The notes: generated by a model from the letters alone, not told the origin. A stretch of DNA of 64,000 nucleotides from Candidatus Bathyarchaeum tardum (GCA_024650005.2 CP122380.1:992001-1056000), one strand, 5' to 3'. Positions 1-10,274 are shown, counted from the first letter of the stretch. Translations and numbers: made by a program.

Positions 1-1
1 A

Positions 2-253
2 ATTGGTGTACGATGTGTCTATGACATTTTTGATTCAGTTAAAATTCCAATCATTGGCTGCGGTGGAATCAGCAATTGGCAAGACGCCATCGAATACATG
101 TTAGCTGGAGCATGTGCAGTTCAAATTGGAACTGCGATTGCGTTTGAAGACATTACCGTATTTAAATCAGTAACCGAAGGCATGACAAAATATCTTGAAG
201 AAAAAGGCTACAACTCCATAAAAGAGATAGTTGGATTAGCCCACAAATTCTAA
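2..253 (+). CDS. pyrD: dihydroorotate dehydrogenase catalytic subunit, 3' part (truncated by window edge)
   Basis: Manual translation IGVRCVYDIFDSVKIPIIGCGGISNWQDAIEYMLAGACAVQIGTA; precedes pyrK. Confidence 0.93.
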   Translation: MGVRCVYDIFDSVKIPIIGCGGISNWQDAIEYMLAGACAVQIGTAIAFEDITVFKSVTEGMTKYLEEKGYNSIKEIVGLAHKF

Positions 254-360
254 ATCTGCATTTTTACTGTACTCTTCGATACGTCTTTGTTTTCCGTCAC
301 ATATTTAATAAACGTAGACACTTAAAAGAACATACTCCTGAACAGGAAGGAAAAACACAA

Positions 361-1215
361 TTGCAGTATAATTCCCATAAATGTTCCCATAGTTCGCCTA
401 TTGAAGCAGCAAATCGTATGAGAACCGTAGAGTTGTTGGAAGTAAAACAGGAGAACTGCTCTGTAAAAACATTGACTTTTGAAGACCCTCTTTGTTCAAA
501 AGCTGAACCAGGTCAGTTTGTGATGGTTTGGATACCTGGAGTTGATGAAATTCCGATTAGCCTTTCTGGAATAGCTTCTGATGGATTAACTTCAATAACT
601 GTCAATGCTGTTGGAGATGCCAGCAGTGCCCTTAACCTAAAGAAGAAAGGGGAGATCATTGGAGTACGGGGACCTTTCGGGAATGGTTTTGTTCCTGTAA
701 AAGGCAATGTTCTTGTTGTTGGGGGTGGAACCGGTTTAGGTCCAATGATGCCTTTAACTGAAAATCTTGTTAGAATATCATCAAAAATAACTGTAATGAG
801 CGGAGTAAAATGCCAAGATAATCTGCTGTTTTTGGACAGAATTGCTGATCTTCTTTCAAGTGTTGATTCAGAAACTATATGCACCACAGAAGATGGAAGC
901 TACGGCTTTGAAGGCTTAGTCACCAGCCAAGTGGAAAAAAAATTAGCAGCTGAACATGTTGACATGATTTACACTTGTGGTCCCGAACCAATGATGTATC
1001 GAATTTTTCTTTTAGCCGAACAATACAATGTTCCCGTGCAAGCTAGTTTAGAACGTATAATGCGTTGCGGAATAGGTTTATGCGGAAGCTGTGTAATAGG
1101 GGAACTCAGGGTCTGTAAAGATGGTCCCGTGTTAAATTCTGAACAATTAAGAAGCATAAAAGATGAGTTTGGAAAATTTAGGTTAGATTGGACCGGAAAA
1201 AAAGTCAAACAATAA
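361..1215 (+). CDS. pyrK: dihydroorotate dehydrogenase electron transfer subunit
   Basis: PGQFVM, RGPFGNGF, GGGTG, CGPEPMM, ERIMRCGIGLCGSC..VCKDGP [2Fe-2S] motif. Confidence 0.93.
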   Translation: MQYNSHKCSHSSPIEAANRMRTVELLEVKQENCSVKTLTFEDPLCSKAEPGQFVMVWIPGVDEIPISLSGIASDGLTSITVNAVGDASSALNLKKKGEIIGVRGPFGNGFVPVKGNVLVVGGGTGLGPMMPLTENLVRISSKITVMSGVKCQDNLLFLDRIADLLSSVDSETICTTEDGSYGFEGLVTSQVEKKLAAEHVDMIYTCGPEPMMYRIFLLAEQYNVPVQASLERIMRCGIGLCGSCVIGELRVCKDGPVLNSEQLRSIKDEFGKFRLDWTGKKVKQ

Positions 1216-1242
1216 TTATTAATTGAAACGCAGGAAAATTGC

Positions 1243-1851
1243 ATGGTTTATCTTAAAAAAGCATATTTTGAAAACTACGTTTTTGATGTTGATGAACACG
1301 TTTACGAGACAGCAGAAGACAGTTTCCTGATTGCTGAAAAAATTGCAGTAAATGAAAACGACACTGTATTAGACATGGGAACCGGATGTGGGATTCTCGC
1401 AATAATTTGTGCAAAACGTGCAAAACACGTGGTTGCAGTTGACATTAACCCTTATGCTATCAAATGTGCCCGCAAGAACGCAAAAGCGTTTGAACTAACA
1501 GAAAAAATGGTTTTTCTCCAAGGAGATTTATTTGGTCCGATCAAAAACAATGAAAAATTCAGTTTGATTCTTTTCAATTCGCCGTATTTGCCCTCTGAAC
1601 CTGGAGAAGAAAACAGTTGGATAGGAAAAGCATGGGCAGGGGGTTCAGACGGGAGAAAAATAATTGATCGATTTATAGCAGATGTTCCCCATTGGTTAAC
1701 TGATCAAGGTCATATATTGCTCGTTCAATCTTCTCTTTCTGACCCTGTACGAACTATTGAAATGTTTACTGAACAAAATTTGCATGCACAGATTATTTCT
1801 CAAGTTAAGTTTCCGTTTGAAAGTATCATTTTGATTGAAGCTAAATTTTGA
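1243..1851 (+). CDS. HemK2/N6AMT1-like release factor glutamine methyltransferase
   Basis: VYETAEDSFL, LDMGTGCG SAM motif, NSPY (NPPY variant), WAGGSDGR. Confidence 0.88.
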   Translation: MVYLKKAYFENYVFDVDEHVYETAEDSFLIAEKIAVNENDTVLDMGTGCGILAIICAKRAKHVVAVDINPYAIKCARKNAKAFELTEKMVFLQGDLFGPIKNNEKFSLILFNSPYLPSEPGEENSWIGKAWAGGSDGRKIIDRFIADVPHWLTDQGHILLVQSSLSDPVRTIEMFTEQNLHAQIISQVKFPFESIILIEAKF

Positions 1852-1860
1852 TTTCGTGAG

Positions 1861-2049
1861 TTAACTAAATTCGTGGTCGTTGCTGTTAGCTAAAGAGGAA
1901 AGAGCAATTACTCCTGTAAACCAGACAATAAATGTGGAATACCATACTGGAAAAACTGTTTGATAGTTGCATATTATGCTATGATAAATTGACAAAAGAA
2001 ACAGTGATAACCAGCAACCAGCAGTCCAATAAAGTTTCATGTGCTTCAT
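1861..2049 (-). CDS. small membrane protein (2 TM)
   Basis: 62-aa ORF with two hydrophobic stretches. Confidence 0.45.
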   Translation of the reverse strand: MKHMKLYWTAGCWLSLFLLSIYHSIICNYQTVFPVWYSTFIVWFTGVIALSSLANSNDHEFS

Positions 2050-2244
2050 AACTAACTACATTATCTTGTTTGTGTAAAAGAGTTCAGAAACACAAATATT
2101 GTTCAGAAATACTGATTTGTTCTCAAGGTTTATTTTTGGCAATTTTAATTTAGTTTCCTGAATTGTTTGTTTTTTTTTTGGGTATCTGCAATTTTTTTAA
2201 GACAGAACAAAAATAGGTTTGTCTGTAATGCTTGGGGTTCTAGT

Positions 2245-2493
2245 ATGGTGTATTATGTCTATATTCTTCGTTGCACGGATGGCAGCTACTACACTGGACA
2301 TGCAAAAGATGCAAAAAAACGATTTGAATTGCATAAGAAAGGACGGGGTGCAAGGTACACAAAAATCCATGAACCTGAAGAGCTGGTTTATGTCGAAACT
2401 TGTGAAACTCGTGGTGACGCCATGCGAAGAGAACGAAAAATTAAAAAGTTGTCACATAATGGAAAGAACCAATTGATTGATGCCCCTGAATAA
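2245..2493 (+). CDS. GIY-YIG nuclease (UPF0213/YhbQ-like)
   Basis: YYVYILRCTDGSYYTG..RFELHKKGRGARYT..AMRRERKIKK; ATG at 2245. Confidence 0.9.
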   Translation: MVYYVYILRCTDGSYYTGHAKDAKKRFELHKKGRGARYTKIHEPEELVYVETCETRGDAMRRERKIKKLSHNGKNQLIDAPE

Positions 2494-2673
2494 GATAGAT
2501 GATTGTGAAATTTCTTAGTGATGCTGTTTTTTCAGTTGAATTTTTAAACTGCAACCTGAACAGGTATTATGTTGTGTTGCTGGGTGCTTCTTTTTAATTG
2601 TTGGTATGTTGTTTCATGGTGGGGGATGTGGGAAAACATAAATGCTTGATGTTAACTGAAGGCTAAGATAACC

Positions 2674-3420
2674 ATGGCTTTGTATGTAGTGTATAGAGCT
2701 CCTCTGGAGTCTAAAGCTAGAAGTGCAATTCCTAGGCGATTAAAGGAGCTTGGTTGCCAACAATTGCATAGAGCATTTTGGAAAATTGAAGAAAAGAAAA
2801 TGCATGATGTTTTAAAAGTTCTTGAAAATAATCAGCCAGTGGTTATGAAACGTTTACGGGAAATCAAAAACCCCAAACTTGCAAAAAAGAAAGCGTTCTC
2901 AGGTCTTGGAAGCTTGGTGGTGGTAACTTTTACGCTTCCTAAAGGAGCAAACCGGGAAAAAGTGACTAATTTTCTTCGAAAAGCACCTTGTATTCGTTTG
3001 CGTCGTTCTGTTTACGCTTTTTCTCAGAAACGTTCTTTTTATGAAAAACAAACTAGTCTTGTTGATGCTTTAAAATTTGTTAATTTTATTCGAGATATCG
3101 GGGGAAATGTCAAAATTATTTCCCGGGTTGTAATCTTGAATCCAGTTGCAGTTGAACGCCTTCTAGATGAAACTAAAGATCGAATTGAAACTGGGGTTTT
3201 TAATATTGTTAGTTCTTGCAAAAAATTATACGTTGAAGCTTGCAGGGGAAAAGATTACGAACTGATTCGGGGTGAATTTTCTAGGTTGAAAAGACGGTAT
3301 TTAATCTTAAAGAAGGTTTGTTCTGTTTACACGGTTTGGCTAAAAATTGATTTTACTAAAATTTTAATGCGGGCGTATCATGCACTAAGAAAAGTTAACA
3401 CACGTTTAGAGCAAGCATAA
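2674..3420 (+). CDS. hypothetical protein with two ChrB_N/PaaX (Cas2-like ferredoxin fold) repeats
   Basis: YVVYRAP..RRLKELGCQQLHRAFW and VVTFTLP..FLRKAPCIRLRRSVY..IRDIGG. Confidence 0.55.
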   Translation: MALYVVYRAPLESKARSAIPRRLKELGCQQLHRAFWKIEEKKMHDVLKVLENNQPVVMKRLREIKNPKLAKKKAFSGLGSLVVVTFTLPKGANREKVTNFLRKAPCIRLRRSVYAFSQKRSFYEKQTSLVDALKFVNFIRDIGGNVKIISRVVILNPVAVERLLDETKDRIETGVFNIVSSCKKLYVEACRGKDYELIRGEFSRLKRRYLILKKVCSVYTVWLKIDFTKILMRAYHALRKVNTRLEQA

Positions 3421-3543
3421 TTTGATGGTTTAAACTTTTGAAAGCGTTTAAAAGCAATCATTCAATTATATATAGTTGAAATCATAGACGCGTCAGAAAT
3501 TCTGTTTTATAGTTTTTCACGTGATGATTTAGCTAGTGTAAAA

Positions 3544-4074
3544 ATGAGTGCTTCAAAACTTTCAAACAAAATTAGAGTGGTTGCAGATTCAAAAAAACTT
3601 GAGACTTGTTCAGAAAATAAATTAAAGTTTTATACGGATTATGCCTCGGTTGTTTCTGAGACTCTGAAAAAACCTTTGTTCCAAAAATTTTTGCACTGGA
3701 TTATAAAAAAGGAAGAAATAGAAAATAAGGTTGTCAAAGATATTCAGGTCAGGGTTTTTCCTTTTCAAAAAGAAAATGGCAATTCTGTTGCTGGGCGATG
3801 CAATAGCAATGATGGAATTATTCTGATTTTTCCAAAAAAACAGAGTTTTGTGAAAAAGAAAATGGAAAATAATAAAAAACAAAAAGTTCGTTTTTACCTA
3901 AAACATAGGGCAATGGCTGCTTTAATACACGAATTGCTTCATGTAAAATATGCGGGAAATGAAAGCAAAGTACGTCAGCTTACAAAGAAATATTTTCATA
4001 TTTTTGTTCGTCGCCATGTTCCTGATGTTTCAATTATTAATAATGCTGTTCCGACGATGTTTTTGGGTTTATAA
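3544..4074 (+). CDS. zincin-like (HExxH) hypothetical protein
   Basis: AALIHELLH motif preceded by VAGRC..GIILIFP. Confidence 0.6.
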   Translation: MSASKLSNKIRVVADSKKLETCSENKLKFYTDYASVVSETLKKPLFQKFLHWIIKKEEIENKVVKDIQVRVFPFQKENGNSVAGRCNSNDGIILIFPKKQSFVKKKMENNKKQKVRFYLKHRAMAALIHELLHVKYAGNESKVRQLTKKYFHIFVRRHVPDVSIINNAVPTMFLGL

Positions 4075-4354
4075 CTTTATTTTTTTCAAAATTAAGGTTA
4101 TCGTGTTTTTTATATGCAAATTCAAAAGTAATTACCTTAATGTTCGTAAAATGAAGTTTTAATCACTGTTTGCTGGTTTTTTTCAGCTGTTTTTGTTTTA
4201 ATGGCGTTAAAAATGGTTTTTTTATTTAAATAAGGTTTTTTATCGTAGTAAATCAAGTTTAAACTAATTCTTGCGGTTATTTTTAATTGCACAACTCTTA
4301 TTTGATTTTTGGAGAACGCCTCTGGTAGGCTCCAACTATGGAGGTGAACTAGAA

Positions 4355-4420
4355 ATGATATTTGAAGAAGATGATTGGGAAGATTGGGAAGAAGATGAAG
4401 AAGAAGAGGAAGACTGGTAA
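4355..4420 (+). CDS. 21-aa acidic Trp-containing microprotein MIFEEDDWEDWEEDEEEEEDW
   Basis: SD GGAGGTGA at 4340-4347, ATG 4355, TAA 4418-4420. Confidence 0.65.
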   Translation: MIFEEDDWEDWEEDEEEEEDW

Positions 4421-4716
4421 ACAGATCATATCCTTTGAATATTTGGGCGCAAAAGTGAACGAAATAGCACTAAGCATATAATGCACCCATGAAATCCCAG
4501 AAATATATCGCCTATCAATCCCTAAAAATAGATTTTTTATTATTTTTTATTTTATTAAATACGCCAAAACTAACAATGGCTTATCGGTTTTCTTGTTTGA
4601 TTTAATCAACCAAATTAAAAACTGTTAACTGAAAATTTTGTTTGATTACATCTTTTAAGTTCATAAGAAATATCTTTACTATTATTCTTATTATTGAATG
4701 CAAAGGTGTTTCAGTA

Positions 4717-5277
4717 TTGGACGACTCGGCAGACTCAAGCCCTCGGGATATAATCAAATTTTTGGAGGCATCCGGAACTTTGAAAAGAATTCAAAGAACA
4801 GGATGGGTCGATGTTGGAGTTTTCGACCCTGAATCTGTTGCAGATCACACGTTCAGAACCGCTATTCTTTGTATGTTATATGCTGACATGAACGGCTTGG
4901 ATACCTTAAAACTTTTAAAAATGGTGCTGATTCATGACCTTCCCGAAGCAATAATTGGGGACTTAATGCCTTCACAAAAGACTGCCCGTACAAAACAGGA
5001 CGAAGAAGCTGCAATTCGTAGTATTTTAGATCTGCTGCCCAAAACCCAAAGGGACAATTACTTATCGATTTGGGTTGAATATAAGCAAGGAAAAACCAAA
5101 GAAGCTAAAGCTGTACTGCAACTAGACAAGATTGAGATGGCGCTGCAAGCTAAAGAGTACGAAAAGTTGGGGCATGAAAGCGAATGTTTGGAACGGTTTA
5201 TAACCTCAGCAAAACAATTTTCTGAATGGCCTGACATAAAACGCCTTCTTGCATGTATTTTGGAGGAAAAACAATGA
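4717..5277 (+). CDS. HD domain phosphohydrolase (HDDC2/YfbR-like 5'-deoxynucleotidase)
   Basis: LKRIQRTGW, ESVADHTFR, LIHDLPEAIIGD, LDKIEM; TTG start after AAGGTG. Confidence 0.9.
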   Translation: MDDSADSSPRDIIKFLEASGTLKRIQRTGWVDVGVFDPESVADHTFRTAILCMLYADMNGLDTLKLLKMVLIHDLPEAIIGDLMPSQKTARTKQDEEAAIRSILDLLPKTQRDNYLSIWVEYKQGKTKEAKAVLQLDKIEMALQAKEYEKLGHESECLERFITSAKQFSEWPDIKRLLACILEEKQ

Positions 5278-5531
5278 GCTTTAAAGAAAGATGGACCCAT
5301 GAATTCACAAAAATGTTAACTGCCGATGAAAAAACTGCGTTTAAGCTATGGCTGGAGTTTTCTCAGGGAAAAATTTCTGAATCTGATTTTCAGTCCAGGA
5401 TGGACATCAAGATTATGCCCAAACTAATGGGCAAATTAAGTGCAGCTCGAATGAACGCCTTAGAAGATGAAGTTGAATCCCTAAGAAAACGGGTTGCTAA
5501 CCTTGAAAAGCGTGGCCAAAAAAAGTCTTGA
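5274..5531 (+). CDS. hypothetical protein with C-terminal coiled coil
   Basis: GGAGG SD; ATGA overlap with HD gene stop. Confidence 0.7.
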   Translation: MSFKERWTHEFTKMLTADEKTAFKLWLEFSQGKISESDFQSRMDIKIMPKLMGKLSAARMNALEDEVESLRKRVANLEKRGQKKS

Positions 5532-5552
5532 ATAGGACTGGATCATTTCATT

Positions 5553-6056
5553 TCAGAATCTCAAGGGTTTTTTGTTCCCTTTTTTGGGTGCCTTTTTTTC
5601 TCGCCTTAAAAAGTCCCCGACATCAAGTATGTTTTTTACGGCAACTTTATCCATGTCGATTTCGCCCCGAATGTTAATCATTACCCTGCCAAACCCTAAA
5701 CATTCGTCATGTTCGTTTACAACTAATGTGTATTCGCCATTTTTCAGGTTCCCATCTTTTAGCAGTCCGCGTTTGAATATGTCTCGTCCACAAATGAAAA
5801 GCCATGCTGCTTTCTGGTCTAAGGTTATCTTGTTTGCTTTGGTTTTTGCAATTAATCTTAACAAGGCAAACCCCGGAAAGAAACCGGTTCCTTTCACTGC
5901 TCCTAGGTATTCTCCCGCGTAAAAGAATCCTTTCGGAGATTGCTGTATTAATTTGTTAGAAAGCATGTAGTACCTGTTTGCTTTTCGAACTACTTGTTTG
6001 TCATCAAAGGAGATTGTCACACCAAATTGTGCTACAAATTCATTAATTTCTTTCAC
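5553..6056 (-). CDS. NIP7-like ribosome biogenesis PUA domain protein
   Basis: WLFICGRDIF, VVNEHDECLGFG, LDVGDFLRRE. Confidence 0.85.
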   Translation of the reverse strand: MKEINEFVAQFGVTISFDDKQVVRKANRYYMLSNKLIQQSPKGFFYAGEYLGAVKGTGFFPGFALLRLIAKTKANKITLDQKAAWLFICGRDIFKRGLLKDGNLKNGEYTLVVNEHDECLGFGRVMINIRGEIDMDKVAVKNILDVGDFLRREKKAPKKGNKKPLRF

Positions 6057-6940
6057 TGGTTTTCTTCCCTTTTGAGTTTACATACAAAGAATCCTTGAGT
6101 TTTGTAAGGCCAAATTCGTTTAGCCATTTTTATAGACGGGTCAAGTTTTTTGTCAAAAACTTTTGTTAATCCTTTTTCTCCATAACAATTGATTTTTTCA
6201 ACTTTAAGAGGCAAGTTTTTCAGTGCCCAATCAATGTTGAATTCGTTTTCTTCGGGTTCTAAAGAACATGTTGCATAGACGATTTCTCCACCGATTTTTG
6301 TAACTTTTGTAGCTTCAGTTAAAATCTGTCGCTGCCGACGGGCGTTCCGGTGTACGTCATCGATTGTTCGTTTGTTAAACCAATCCCTGTCTGTTATCGG
6401 ATTGCCTGAACATGGAAGGTCCAAGAGAACGCAATCAAATTCAGTGTTTAAAGTTGAAGCTTTTTTTGCATCCAAATTGTAAACTGCCGTGTTTTTCACT
6501 TGGCTGCGTTCCAGTTGGTTTACTAATGGAAACATTTTTCGTTGTTTTAGTTCAAGAGCTACGATTAAACCTGTGTTATTCATTAAACTGGCTAAATGAA
6601 CTGTTTTTCCTCCTGGGGATGCACATGCATCAAGAACTGTTTTGCCTGTCAGGTCCATGAACAACATGGCTGGAATTTGTGCAGCAGCTTCTTGAATTGA
6701 ATATAACCCCAAAAGATATTCCTCAGTTGCTCCGATAGAAAATTTGCTTTTTTCTATCCAAAAACCGTTTTCAAGAAACGGAATCTTTTCTATGAATATT
6801 CCCCGTGTTTTTAGTCTTGAAGTTACCTTGCTGTTGCTGGCGTTGATGGTGTTAACTCTTATTGCTTTTTTGAGGTTTGGTTTTTTGTATGACCATCCTA
6901 ATTTCTTGTAGCGATTAACGAAAAATGGTTTGCTGGACAT
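6053..6940 (-). CDS. RsmB/NOP2 family RNA m5C methyltransferase
   Basis: IQEAAA, LDACASPGGKT, LLDLPCSG, VYATCSLEPEENE, GFFVC. Confidence 0.92.
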   Translation of the reverse strand: MSSKPFFVNRYKKLGWSYKKPNLKKAIRVNTINASNSKVTSRLKTRGIFIEKIPFLENGFWIEKSKFSIGATEEYLLGLYSIQEAAAQIPAMLFMDLTGKTVLDACASPGGKTVHLASLMNNTGLIVALELKQRKMFPLVNQLERSQVKNTAVYNLDAKKASTLNTEFDCVLLDLPCSGNPITDRDWFNKRTIDDVHRNARRQRQILTEATKVTKIGGEIVYATCSLEPEENEFNIDWALKNLPLKVEKINCYGEKGLTKVFDKKLDPSIKMAKRIWPYKTQGFFVCKLKREENQ

Positions 6941-7153
6941 TACACTGATATGACCAACTGTGCTAAATAAAACGTTGGCTTGTATAGTTTGATGTTTAGA
7001 TTTAATGTCCTTTTTTTGGAAAAAATCTTTTGTTTTCAAATGTAGTTTTCATGAAATATTTGTTGTTCAGGGGGTTGTATGTGCATGTTTTGTGTTTTGT
7101 TGGGCAAGTTATTTATCTTAATTACGAATAAAGAATTATTAGGCTAGGACAAA

Positions 7154-7408
7154 TTGGAGAATGAAGTTATGCCCATGGCTTATGTTTTAATTACAACTGA
7201 AACTGGCGCTGTTGACAGCGTTTTAGCTTCTTTAAAAAAAATGGAGTCTGTGAAAGAGACCTACATGGTCTATGGTGTTTATGATCTCATAGCCACTGTT
7301 AAAGCAGACACCATGGAGAAATTAAAAGAAATAGTAACCTGGAATTTGCGGAGTTTAGATCAAGTTAGATCTACACTTACTATGATCGCAGTAGAAGATC
7401 AAAGTTAA
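7154..7408 (+). CDS. stand-alone Lrp/AsnC ligand-binding (RAM) domain protein
   Basis: AYVLITTETG..VYGVYDLIA..VRSTLTMI. Confidence 0.9.
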   Translation: MENEVMPMAYVLITTETGAVDSVLASLKKMESVKETYMVYGVYDLIATVKADTMEKLKEIVTWNLRSLDQVRSTLTMIAVEDQS

Positions 7409-7411
7409 TTT

Positions 7412-7657
7412 TTAAGCCCCTTCTAGGGGTTTTCTTTTTATCCCCTTGTTGGTTTTCTTGTTTTGTATTGCAGGCAGTATCGTTTTAGACGTCAAAATTT
7501 CTCCTCCTAACGATATGAATACAGAAGTTAATGGAAAAATTAAATCGACATGTTGTTCTTCAATTATTTTAATTGAGTAGCTAAACATGCTGATTCCAAT
7601 TATTAACAACACGATTCCGAAAATGGTCAACAATTTTAACTGTTTTATTTGATGCAC
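7412..7657 (-). CDS. small membrane protein
   Basis: Two hydrophobic helices and a basic tail. Confidence 0.5.
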   Translation of the reverse strand: MHQIKQLKLLTIFGIVLLIIGISMFSYSIKIIEEQHVDLIFPLTSVFISLGGEILTSKTILPAIQNKKTNKGIKRKPLEGA

Positions 7658-7846
7658 GTGGATGTTTTTTCTGGGAGTTTGTTTTTCGTAGGACTTAATA
7701 TATCCGTTATTACATGCGTTGGGTGTTCATACACGTAGAATATCATTAATTATGACTATGTTTTGTGACAAAATTCGACAACCCTTTCATCAAGTGAACA
7801 TTGAAAATCTTATATATGCCCAAAGTGTCCTATGATGTTGAGTAAC

Positions 7847-8155
7847 ATGGCTGATATTTGCCCAACTTGTGGACTACCCTCAGACATTTGTGTCTGTGAA
7901 GAAATTGGAAAAGAACAACAACGAATTCGTGTTCGTTTAGAAACCCGAAAATGGGGAAAAGCGGTAACAATTGTGGACGGCATCAGTGAAAAAGAAGCTG
8001 ATTTAAGTCGTTTAGCACAAAAACTCAAATCGTACTGTGCCTGTGGAGGAACCGCAAAAAATGACGAAATCATTTTACAAGGTGACCACCGCGACAAAGT
8101 CCAAGAGTACCTAATCCGTGAAGGCTACCCCGAATCAAACGTTGAAGTCCAATAA
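7847..8155 (+). CDS. translation initiation factor aIF1 (SUI1)
   Basis: CPTCGLP..CVCEEI, GKAVT, LKSYCACGGT, ILQGDHR. Confidence 0.95.
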   Translation: MADICPTCGLPSDICVCEEIGKEQQRIRVRLETRKWGKAVTIVDGISEKEADLSRLAQKLKSYCACGGTAKNDEIILQGDHRDKVQEYLIREGYPESNVEVQ

Positions 8156-8181
8156 TATACCGTTTAACCGAGAAAACGAAA

Positions 8182-8421
8182 ATGGGTAAACTCGCAAATT
8201 TTCGCGAAACATTAAAGGAACTTAAGCGCACAAACCGGAAAGAAAAAACTATTAAAGTTTGCCCAAAATGTGCCAGCCCAAAAATTTTGCTTAGTAGCAG
8301 TTCGGATATTTATCCTCGGTTGTATGGAATTGCCCCTATGCAGTATTTTTGTTCAAATTGTGGCTACAGGGGAACATTAGTTTTAGAAAAAATTAAAGAA
8401 AAGACTGAAGAAACAGATTAG
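8182..8421 (+). CDS. small zinc-ribbon protein
   Basis: CPKC..YFCSNCGYRG. Confidence 0.8.
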   Translation: MGKLANFRETLKELKRTNRKEKTIKVCPKCASPKILLSSSSDIYPRLYGIAPMQYFCSNCGYRGTLVLEKIKEKTEETD

Positions 8422-9335
8422 TCTGGCAATTCTATGCCTAATTGGCGTCTTAGGCTTTTGTATCTGTTACGGACAGTTACTTCAGTTACGCCAGCTGCTT
8501 CAGCAATGTCTTTTTGAGTCTTTTTCTCATTCTTGATCAGGCATGCAATATACAATGCAGCTGCAGCTAATCCCATGGGATCTTTTCCTGCTGCTGCCCG
8601 TTTTCTTCGGGCTTCATGCAAGATTTTGATTGCATGACCTTGGGTCTGACCCGAGATTCCTGTTTTTTCTGCAATCTTAGATACGTATGTTAGTGGGTTT
8701 GCAATAGGCATTTGAACATTTAGTTCCCGCAGTAATAATCGGTAGCATCTTGCAACATCTTTTTTGTCAACAAAGCTTGCTTCGGCGATTTCTCTTAATG
8801 TTCTTGGTGTTCCAGTTGTTCGGCAAGCTGCATATAATGATGCTGCAGCGATTGCTGCAATGGATCGTCCGCGTACTAATCCCTTATCGAGGGCTTTTCG
8901 GTAAATAATGGCTGCTTTTTCTTTGACTGGTCCCGGTATGTATGATTTATCTGAAAGTCGGTCAAGTTCAGCCATAGCTTGGGCGAGATTTCTATCTACT
9001 GAAGAATGAACTCGTGAGCGGATTTGCCATTTTCTAAGTCTCCACATTTGCAGTCTAGTGGATAAAGGCAGTTTTCGACCAAAGGCGTCTCTGTCTACTC
9101 GTCCGATGGCGGTGGATAAGCCTTTGTCGTGAACTGAATAAGAAGTAGGAACTCCTACACGGCTTCTGGATGCTTTTTCTTCTTGGGTGAAAGCTCTCCA
9201 TTCTGGGCCTTTGTCCATCATTTGTTCTCGGACAACTAGGCCGCAGCCTCCGCATATGGTCTCTCCAGTGTCGTAGTCGTGAATAAGGTTAGGACTACTG
9301 CATTCTGGACATTTTTCTGTTCGTCTACGTGACAT
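8418..9335 (-). CDS. tfb: transcription initiation factor IIB
   Basis: Zn ribbon CPEC..CGGCG, GPEWRAF, cyclin repeats, GVTEVTVRNRYK. Confidence 0.98.
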   Translation of the reverse strand: MSRRRTEKCPECSSPNLIHDYDTGETICGGCGLVVREQMMDKGPEWRAFTQEEKASRSRVGVPTSYSVHDKGLSTAIGRVDRDAFGRKLPLSTRLQMWRLRKWQIRSRVHSSVDRNLAQAMAELDRLSDKSYIPGPVKEKAAIIYRKALDKGLVRGRSIAAIAAASLYAACRTTGTPRTLREIAEASFVDKKDVARCYRLLLRELNVQMPIANPLTYVSKIAEKTGISGQTQGHAIKILHEARRKRAAAGKDPMGLAAAALYIACLIKNEKKTQKDIAEAAGVTEVTVRNRYKSLRRQLGIELPD

Positions 9336-9620
9336 TCCTTCGTTATTTTGTGTGATTGGGTTCGCCTCAGGAGATTTCTGGCGAGAAATCCGTGTAAACG
9401 TAAATCGTTTCCTATTTAAGGCTCAGAAACCGTTTTTTCTGGACCCGCCGTAGATACCCTGAGGTTATGACTTGATATATAAGCGTTACGATTTGTCACA
9501 ACAGATATGGATTATGTCAATAAAAATCTTTACTTAAACCCTTTTTTTCATCATTTTTTTTTCACAACCAAACAATAACAGATTTATTAAAGAATCAAAC
9601 ATTCAACTAAACACAAGTAA

Positions 9621-9696
9621 AGCCCGGTGGTGTAGTGGCCAATCATGGGGGCCTCTGGAGCCCCTGACGGGAGTTCGAATCTCCTCCGGGCTACCA
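9621..9696 (+). tRNA. tRNA-Gln(CTG), CCA encoded
   Basis: Acceptor stem AGCCCGG/CCGGGCT, anticodon arm GGGGC-CTCTGGA-GCCCC, TTCGAAT T-loop. Confidence 0.95.
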
Positions 9697-9956
9697 TCAT
9701 TTAAGCGTGAATTTATGCCTTTTTTGTTTTTGATTCTTGTATTTCTTTGGTCATTTGCTGCTTTAACGTCATGGCAATTGATCTCCTCCGTTACAATAAT
9801 CCAATTTTTTTAAACCCCGTTTCCAGTTCAACGTCTACCTCCCCTGTTTGCTTGATGCTTGAGAAGCGAAGGTGAACTACGTATTTTGGGGGGCAAGTTA
9901 TGTCCCATAATATTTATGTATTCATCTGATATCTATTGTATACTGGTTGATGTGTA

Positions 9957-10274
9957 TTGCCTCTTAAACCGTTAGCTGTTCGTGTTCCTGTTGAATTGGA
10001 TAAAGGAATTTCCGATATAATAAAAAAAGAAAAGCTGGATAAGGCAACTGTTGTTCGGAATCTTCTTGAAATTGGCATCAATGAATGGAGAAAGCAAACT
10101 GCCTTGGAGCTCCTAAGTGCAGGAAAAGCAACTTTTGCCCAAGCAGCAGACCTTGCAAAGCTTTCTTTGTGGGAATTTGCGGATTTACTGAAACAATGCA
10201 ACATTGAATGGGTAAGGTTTGAACCCGAAGAAATAGAAGAAGAATTCAAGTCAGCAGCGGCGAAACATAGTTGA
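9957..10274 (+). CDS. UPF0175 family antitoxin
   Basis: RHH-like N-terminus, ALELLSAGKATFAQAADLAKLSLWEF; overlaps PIN gene. Confidence 0.85.
   Translation: MPLKPLAVRVPVELDKGISDIIKKEKLDKATVVRNLLEIGINEWRKQTALELLSAGKATFAQAADLAKLSLWEFADLLKQCNIEWVRFEPEEIEEEFKSAAAKHS

Noticed and set aside
2674-3420. cas2 gene
   Set aside because: Too long, no cas1 or array; only fold-level resemblance
9781-9790. ATCTCCTCCG matching the tRNA-Gln 3' region as an att site
   Set aside because: Only 10 nt, about 100 bp from the tRNA, and equally explained as a minus-strand SD (CGGAGGAGAT)
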